A stretch of 64,000 nt of DNA, from contig JBDHFY010000003.1 in the NCBI GenBank assembly GCA_039590195.1, positions 4,241-68,240 of the forward strand. Reading direction: 5' to 3'. The notes beneath the pieces are model-generated. The model saw only the letters and a program-made list of their open reading frames with translations, had not been told where the DNA came from and made no database searches. Both the position numbers and the translations under genes were made by a program. This document shows positions 60,708 to 64,000 of the stretch, piece after piece. The number at the start of each line of letters is the position of its first letter. Within the stretch, counting starts at the first letter, position 1. The stretch is from Gemmatimonadota bacterium (GTDB lineage Bacteria; Gemmatimonadota; Gemmatimonadetes; Gemmatimonadales; GWC2-71-9).

Positions 60708-60777
60708 GAGAAGGGCGAAGGGGAATCCGTAGGGGCGCAGCATGCTGCACCCCTACCTAATTCCCCTTCTCCCTCTC
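60708..60777. terminator. Long imperfect inverted repeat (about 34-nt arms) between convergent genes; bidirectional terminator candidate
   Basis: gagaagggcgaaggggaatccgtaggggcgcagc-at-gctgcacccctacctaattccccttctccctctc. The central GTAGGGG(C)GCAGC/GCTGC(A)CCCCTAC stem is nearly perfect. The arms are themselves built from G-rich/C-rich heptamers. Confidence 0.6.
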
Positions 60778-60779
60778 CC

Positions 60780-62078
60780 TTAACTCATCTCCGCGATCAC
60801 CTCTGCCACCCGTTCTACTTCCTGCATCGTGTTGTAGATGTGCGGGCACAAGCGGATGCCCGTGAACTCCCCTCCGCGAGCCGCGCCCGCAATGTGGTGC
60901 TCGTGGTACAGCTTACCGTAAGCCTCTGGCACATCCATCCCCGGCGGGTGGGCGACGACGACACCGCCGCTGAACTCGGGTTCCATAGGGGTGTGGATCT
61001 TGATACCGGGGATTTGATCCTGCAGCCCCTTCTTCAGGGCCCAAGCGAGGTCGCGGATCCGTGCCTCGATTCGCTCCGGGCCGATCGTGTTGTGGAAATC
61101 GACGGTCGTGCCCATCGCCGCTACCGCTGAGTCATCCCGTTGACCGAGCGTCTCAAATTTGCGGGCTCCATTGTCGACGGCGCTCTGCCAGCCGACTCCC
61201 ACATCGCTCGCCCAGAGATCAGCGGCCCGCTCCCTTCGCACGTAGAGGACCCCCGCCTCCTTGGGGCCCACGAACCACTTGTGGCCGCTTCCCGTGTAGA
61301 AGTCGCAGCCCATCTCGTGCAAGTTCACCTGCATGGCCCCGAAGCTCTGGGCGCCGTCCACGAGAGTGAGGGCGCCGCGGTCCCGCACCAGGCGGCAGAT
61401 GGCTTTCGCGGGCACCGCGATACCGGAGGTGTTGGAGATATGGCTGAACGCCACGACTCTGGTGCTTCCACTCATTGCGTCCCGGAACGGCTTGATTAGG
61501 TCATCGGCCGTACGAGGATCGGGCGGTGTTTTCACCCGCTTGACCGTAAACCCGTACCGCGTGGCCCGAACGTCCCAGGCGATGTTGTTGGTCGGGTGGT
61601 TCTGATCCCAGATCACCACCTCGTCGCCCGGGCCGAGGTCCAGGCCGTTCACCACCGTGTTGTTCCCCTCGCTCGTGTTGCGCGTGATGGCGATTTCGTC
61701 GGGATCAGCGCCCAGATACGCAGCCAGGCCCACCCTGGCCTTTTCCCGCAGCCGGCCGAACTTGGCCCGGTTTTGGAACGATGCGTCCAGGTCCACGTCG
61801 CGGGTCAGCCGAAAGACTGCTCGCTGGACCGGGTACGGCGAGGGACAGAGGTTGGCCGCGTTCATGAGAATGAGGTCGGAGCGGAGAGGGAATTGTCCCT
61901 TCACGAGATGCCAGAACGGCTCATCACCTGGGTCGTCGGCGAAGAGCGGTTCCGTGGCTCGGCGGAGCGCACGGGAGGACGGTATTGGGCGGGCGCTCAC
62001 CGCCGTGGGAAAGGCTGCCGCCGCGGCCACGCCTCCTAGCAGTCGCCCGAGAAACCGACGTCGATCGTGAACGTTCAT
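60780..62078 (-). CDS. Class V aminotransferase-fold PLP enzyme (cysteine desulfurase / isopenicillin-N-epimerase-like) with Tat signal
   Basis: 432-aa ORF: MNVHDRRRFLGRLLGGVAAAAAFPTAVSA (twin-arginine). PLP lysine context SGHKWFVGPKEAG. HISNTSG. Confidence 0.8.
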   Translation of the reverse strand: MNVHDRRRFLGRLLGGVAAAAAFPTAVSARPIPSSRALRRATEPLFADDPGDEPFWHLVKGQFPLRSDLILMNAANLCPSPYPVQRAVFRLTRDVDLDASFQNRAKFGRLREKARVGLAAYLGADPDEIAITRNTSEGNNTVVNGLDLGPGDEVVIWDQNHPTNNIAWDVRATRYGFTVKRVKTPPDPRTADDLIKPFRDAMSGSTRVVAFSHISNTSGIAVPAKAICRLVRDRGALTLVDGAQSFGAMQVNLHEMGCDFYTGSGHKWFVGPKEAGVLYVRRERAADLWASDVGVGWQSAVDNGARKFETLGQRDDSAVAAMGTTVDFHNTIGPERIEARIRDLAWALKKGLQDQIPGIKIHTPMEPEFSGGVVVAHPPGMDVPEAYGKLYHEHHIAGAARGGEFTGIRLCPHIYNTMQEVERVAEVIAEMS

Positions 62079-62285
62079 GGTGGTTGAACCCCGCTGTGTG
62101 GGAGGGTGGTGAGGTCACAGACTAAGATATGGGCCGACCGGGTGGCCCGGGAGGGTGCTGCTACTCCCGGGCCCTACCAGCAGGGTCCCCCAGACAGGGT
62201 CGAGGGCCTAAGCGCGCTTGCCGCCCTTGGTGCGGATCGTATCTTTCCCCCATACCTTTTCGTAGCACCCGATTCGGAGGCCCCC

Positions 62286-62453
62286 ATGGACGAGAAGACC
62301 GACACGCAGGGGGAGAATCAGAAAGAGGGCTCTCAGCAGGCCAAGCCGAGTGGCGCTGCCGCCTATTGGGCTCTCATGAACGAGCAGGAAGAGATGCTCA
62401 AGAAGTTCAAAAAGGTGGCGCACAAAGACGACGAAAGCGCCGACGAGAGCTGA
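62286..62453 (+). CDS. Small hydrophilic hypothetical protein (55 aa)
   Basis: Internal ATG of ORF 62106-62453, preceded by GGAGG 5 nt upstream. Reads MDEKTDTQGENQKEGSQQAKPSGAAAYWALMNEQEEMLKKFKKVAHKDDESADES. Codon usage is GC3-rich like its neighbours. No family recognised. Confidence 0.45.
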   Translation: MDEKTDTQGENQKEGSQQAKPSGAAAYWALMNEQEEMLKKFKKVAHKDDESADES

Positions 62454-62647
62454 ATTCCCGCCCACCCCGTATTTCAACAACTCGAGGTTGCCTGTCCGAC
62501 TGAGGCCCCGGTTGGCGGCCCGCTGGTGCGTCTGCGCTTGACCTCGACGTTCCTTATTGCTCACTTCCATCGGCACCACCGGCCCCCTTCACGCGCATCA
62601 GCCGCCCTCCATTCCCGAATAAAATGCACGCTCGTGTGTAGTGATTC

Positions 62648-63280
62648 ATGAACGACCGCGAGTCGCGAAGGGAGAGCGATGCAGTGGACCTTGCCTTGGG
62701 CGGTGAAAGCGGAGGTGCTGAGCGTGCCCTGGTCCTCAGAGCCCGCGAGGGGGACCGCCAGGCGTTCGGCGACCTCGTCACCCGCTACATGCGCCGGGCG
62801 TATTACCAGGCTCTGGGGCTCGTCGGCTCCCACGAGGACGCCCTGGATCTGTCGCAGGAGGCCTTCGCCCGAGCGTTTCGTGCGCGCCGGTCCTTGGATC
62901 CGGAGCGGCCGTTCTACGCCTGGCTGTACCAGATTCTGCGCAGGCTCTGCTTCAATTTCCTGCGAGACCGTCGGACGCGGACCCAGAAGCTGGCGGCGGC
63001 CGCGGGATGGCTCGCGGAGGAAGCCAGTGCTCGCGCCGCCGCGGGTGACCCGAGCCGGATCGCTATCCGGGCCGAGCTCCGCGCCAGAGTCGCAGCGGCG
63101 ATCGACGCCCTACCGGACCGGGAGCGTGAGGTGTTGGTCCTAAAGGAGTTCGAGGGGTTGCGGTACCGAGAGATCGCCGAGCTGCTCGGGATCCCGATGG
63201 GCACGGTCATGTCCCGACTGTACGCCGCCCGCCGGAGACTCGCAGCAACCCTGGGTGAAGATGGGGGATTCGACTCGTGA
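62648..63280 (+). CDS. ECF-type RNA polymerase sigma-70 factor
   Basis: 210-aa ORF. Region 2 (FGDLVTRYMRRAYYQALGLVGSHEDALDLSQEAFARAF...AWLYQILRRLCFNFLRDR) and region 4 (LPDREREVLVLKEFEGLRYREIAELLGIPMGTVMSRLYAARRRL). Confidence 0.9.
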   Translation: MNDRESRRESDAVDLALGGESGGAERALVLRAREGDRQAFGDLVTRYMRRAYYQALGLVGSHEDALDLSQEAFARAFRARRSLDPERPFYAWLYQILRRLCFNFLRDRRTRTQKLAAAAGWLAEEASARAAAGDPSRIAIRAELRARVAAAIDALPDREREVLVLKEFEGLRYREIAELLGIPMGTVMSRLYAARRRLAATLGEDGGFDS

Positions 63281-63738
63281 GCGAGCCCGGCACCCGTGAC
63301 GAACGTGCCCAGCACCTCTTGATGGGAGGGCTGGATGGAGAACTGTCGGCTGAGGAGCGTGAGGAGCTGAATCGTCTCCTCGACGCCGACCCGAGCCTCC
63401 GCGCCGAATGGAAACGCCTCACGAGGGTAAAGGAGGTAACAAAGACCATGACCATGCGAACGCCCCCCGATGAGATCTGGGAGGATTACTGGACTTCCGT
63501 GTACAACCGCATCGAGCGTTGGGTGGGGTGGATCTTTGTATCCCTCGGCGCGATTGTGCTGCTGTCCTACGTCCTGTGGCAGGCTGTCCAGGAGTTCCTC
63601 GCCGACGCCTCGCTGCCCGGGTTCGTGAAGATCGCTGTTCTGATAACCGTTGTTGGCGTCGCGGCGCTCGTGGTATCCGTATTTCGGGAGAAGCTCTCTC
63701 TTCGCCGGAACGACCCCTACAAGGAAATCCAACGATGA
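63277..63738 (+). CDS. Putative anti-sigma factor, membrane-anchored
   Basis: 153-aa ORF overlapping the sigma gene stop by 4 bp. N-terminal LLMGGLDGELSAEEREELNRLLDADPSLRAEWKRL (anti-sigma N-terminal pattern) and two TM helices. Confidence 0.7.
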   Translation: MSEPGTRDERAQHLLMGGLDGELSAEEREELNRLLDADPSLRAEWKRLTRVKEVTKTMTMRTPPDEIWEDYWTSVYNRIERWVGWIFVSLGAIVLLSYVLWQAVQEFLADASLPGFVKIAVLITVVGVAALVVSVFREKLSLRRNDPYKEIQR

Positions 63739-64000
63739 TCATCACTCCAGCTTCGACCATCGTCGGTCACCGAGTCGTCAAGACCCTCGGTCTCGTACGT
63801 GGTAACACCATACGCGCCCGGCACGTCGGGAAAGACATCCTCGCCGTTCTGAAGAACGTGGTCGGGGGGGAGATCGAGGAGTACACCAAAATGATTGCGG
63901 AGGCGCGGGAGCAGGCGGTCGACCGAATGATCGCCCAGGCGAAGGACATGGGTGCCGACGCCATCACCGATGTGAACTTCTCCACCGCCTATGTCATGGG
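63735..64000 (+). CDS. YbjQ/UPF0145-family protein (partial, runs off the window end)
   Basis: Not in the ORF track (no stop in the window). An ATG overlapping the anti-sigma TGA (ATGA) reads MIITPASTIVGHRVVKTLGLVRGNTIRARHVGKDILAVLKNVVGGEIEEYTKMIAEAREQAVDRMIAQAKDMGADAITDVNF..., the YbjQ signature. Confidence 0.75.
   Translation, partial: MIITPASTIVGHRVVKTLGLVRGNTIRARHVGKDILAVLKNVVGGEIEEYTKMIAEAREQAVDRMIAQAKDMGADAITDVNFSTAYVM

Noticed and set aside
1-64000. Searched for signs of mobile DNA or defence islands (integrase, transposase, terminal inverted repeats with target duplications, restriction, toxin-antitoxin, reverse transcriptase, Cas).
   Set aside because: None was recognised. The only nuclease-like gene is a lone Uma2/DUF820 protein (2378-2926) with no partner genes, and composition looks uniform apart from short intergenic AT-richer patches.

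Overview
This is a GC-rich bacterial chromosomal segment with strong GC3 codon bias, so long stop-free 'shadow' frames occur on both strands. The gene content includes PadR plus duplicated FtsX/MacB 'ADOP' permease modules, PD40/TolB-like propellers, a DUF5916 outer-membrane protein and Hanks kinases with TPR tails. That mix looks most like a Gemmatimonadota/Acidobacteriota-type soil bacterium, but this is inference only. I call about 58 protein genes and found no rRNA, tRNA, CRISPR array, transposase or integrase.

Blocks from left to right:
- Tandem PadR genes and a DUF1326/DUF2182 pair.
- PadR-ADOP module 1 and a Ser/Thr kinase.
- A DUF362 / membrane protein / SDR-TM fusion / CPBP operon.
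- An orphan MlaE/MCE pair, a serine hydrolase and a second kinase.
- A DUF5916 outer-membrane protein with a PD40 propeller.
- PadR-ADOP module 2.
- A second DUF362/CPBP locus with a flavin reductase and an orphan CheR-like methyltransferase.
- A lipoprotein / M6 protease / PD40 operon.
- A type-IV minor-pilin-like operon wired to a sigma-54 two-component pair, with a tandem partial duplication.
- A 17-kb peptide, D-amino-acid and peptidoglycan-fragment salvage cluster. It holds an M20 hydrolase, a D-aminoacylase-like protein, an OSBS/NSAR racemase, a GNAT, an M19 dipeptidase, an asparaginase, a beta-lactamase-VanX fusion and DUF1028.
- A YtrA-type GntR-ABC operon and a Tat-signal class V aminotransferase.
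- An ECF sigma / anti-sigma / YbjQ operon.

Most noteworthy:
1. The minor-pilin-only operon sits behind a textbook -24/-12 promoter. Its duplication produced a second PilX-like gene and an NtrC paralog that lacks the AAA+ module.
2. Strictly 7-bp-phased tandem repeat arrays (GCYGGCA/GCTAACA and C-rich classes) occupy at least 10 intergenic sites. They resemble cyanobacterial STRR repeats. There is also a 9-bp G-rich array, and several arrays form G-quadruplex motifs upstream of genes.
3. The gene set matches the N-succinyl D-to-L amino-acid conversion pathway.

CDS coordinates come from the ORF track, with starts re-chosen where homology, an RBS or a 4-bp overlap argues for it. Sequence-only motifs were counted by eye and may be off by 1-2 nt. 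No database search was possible, so family names rest on recognised motifs.
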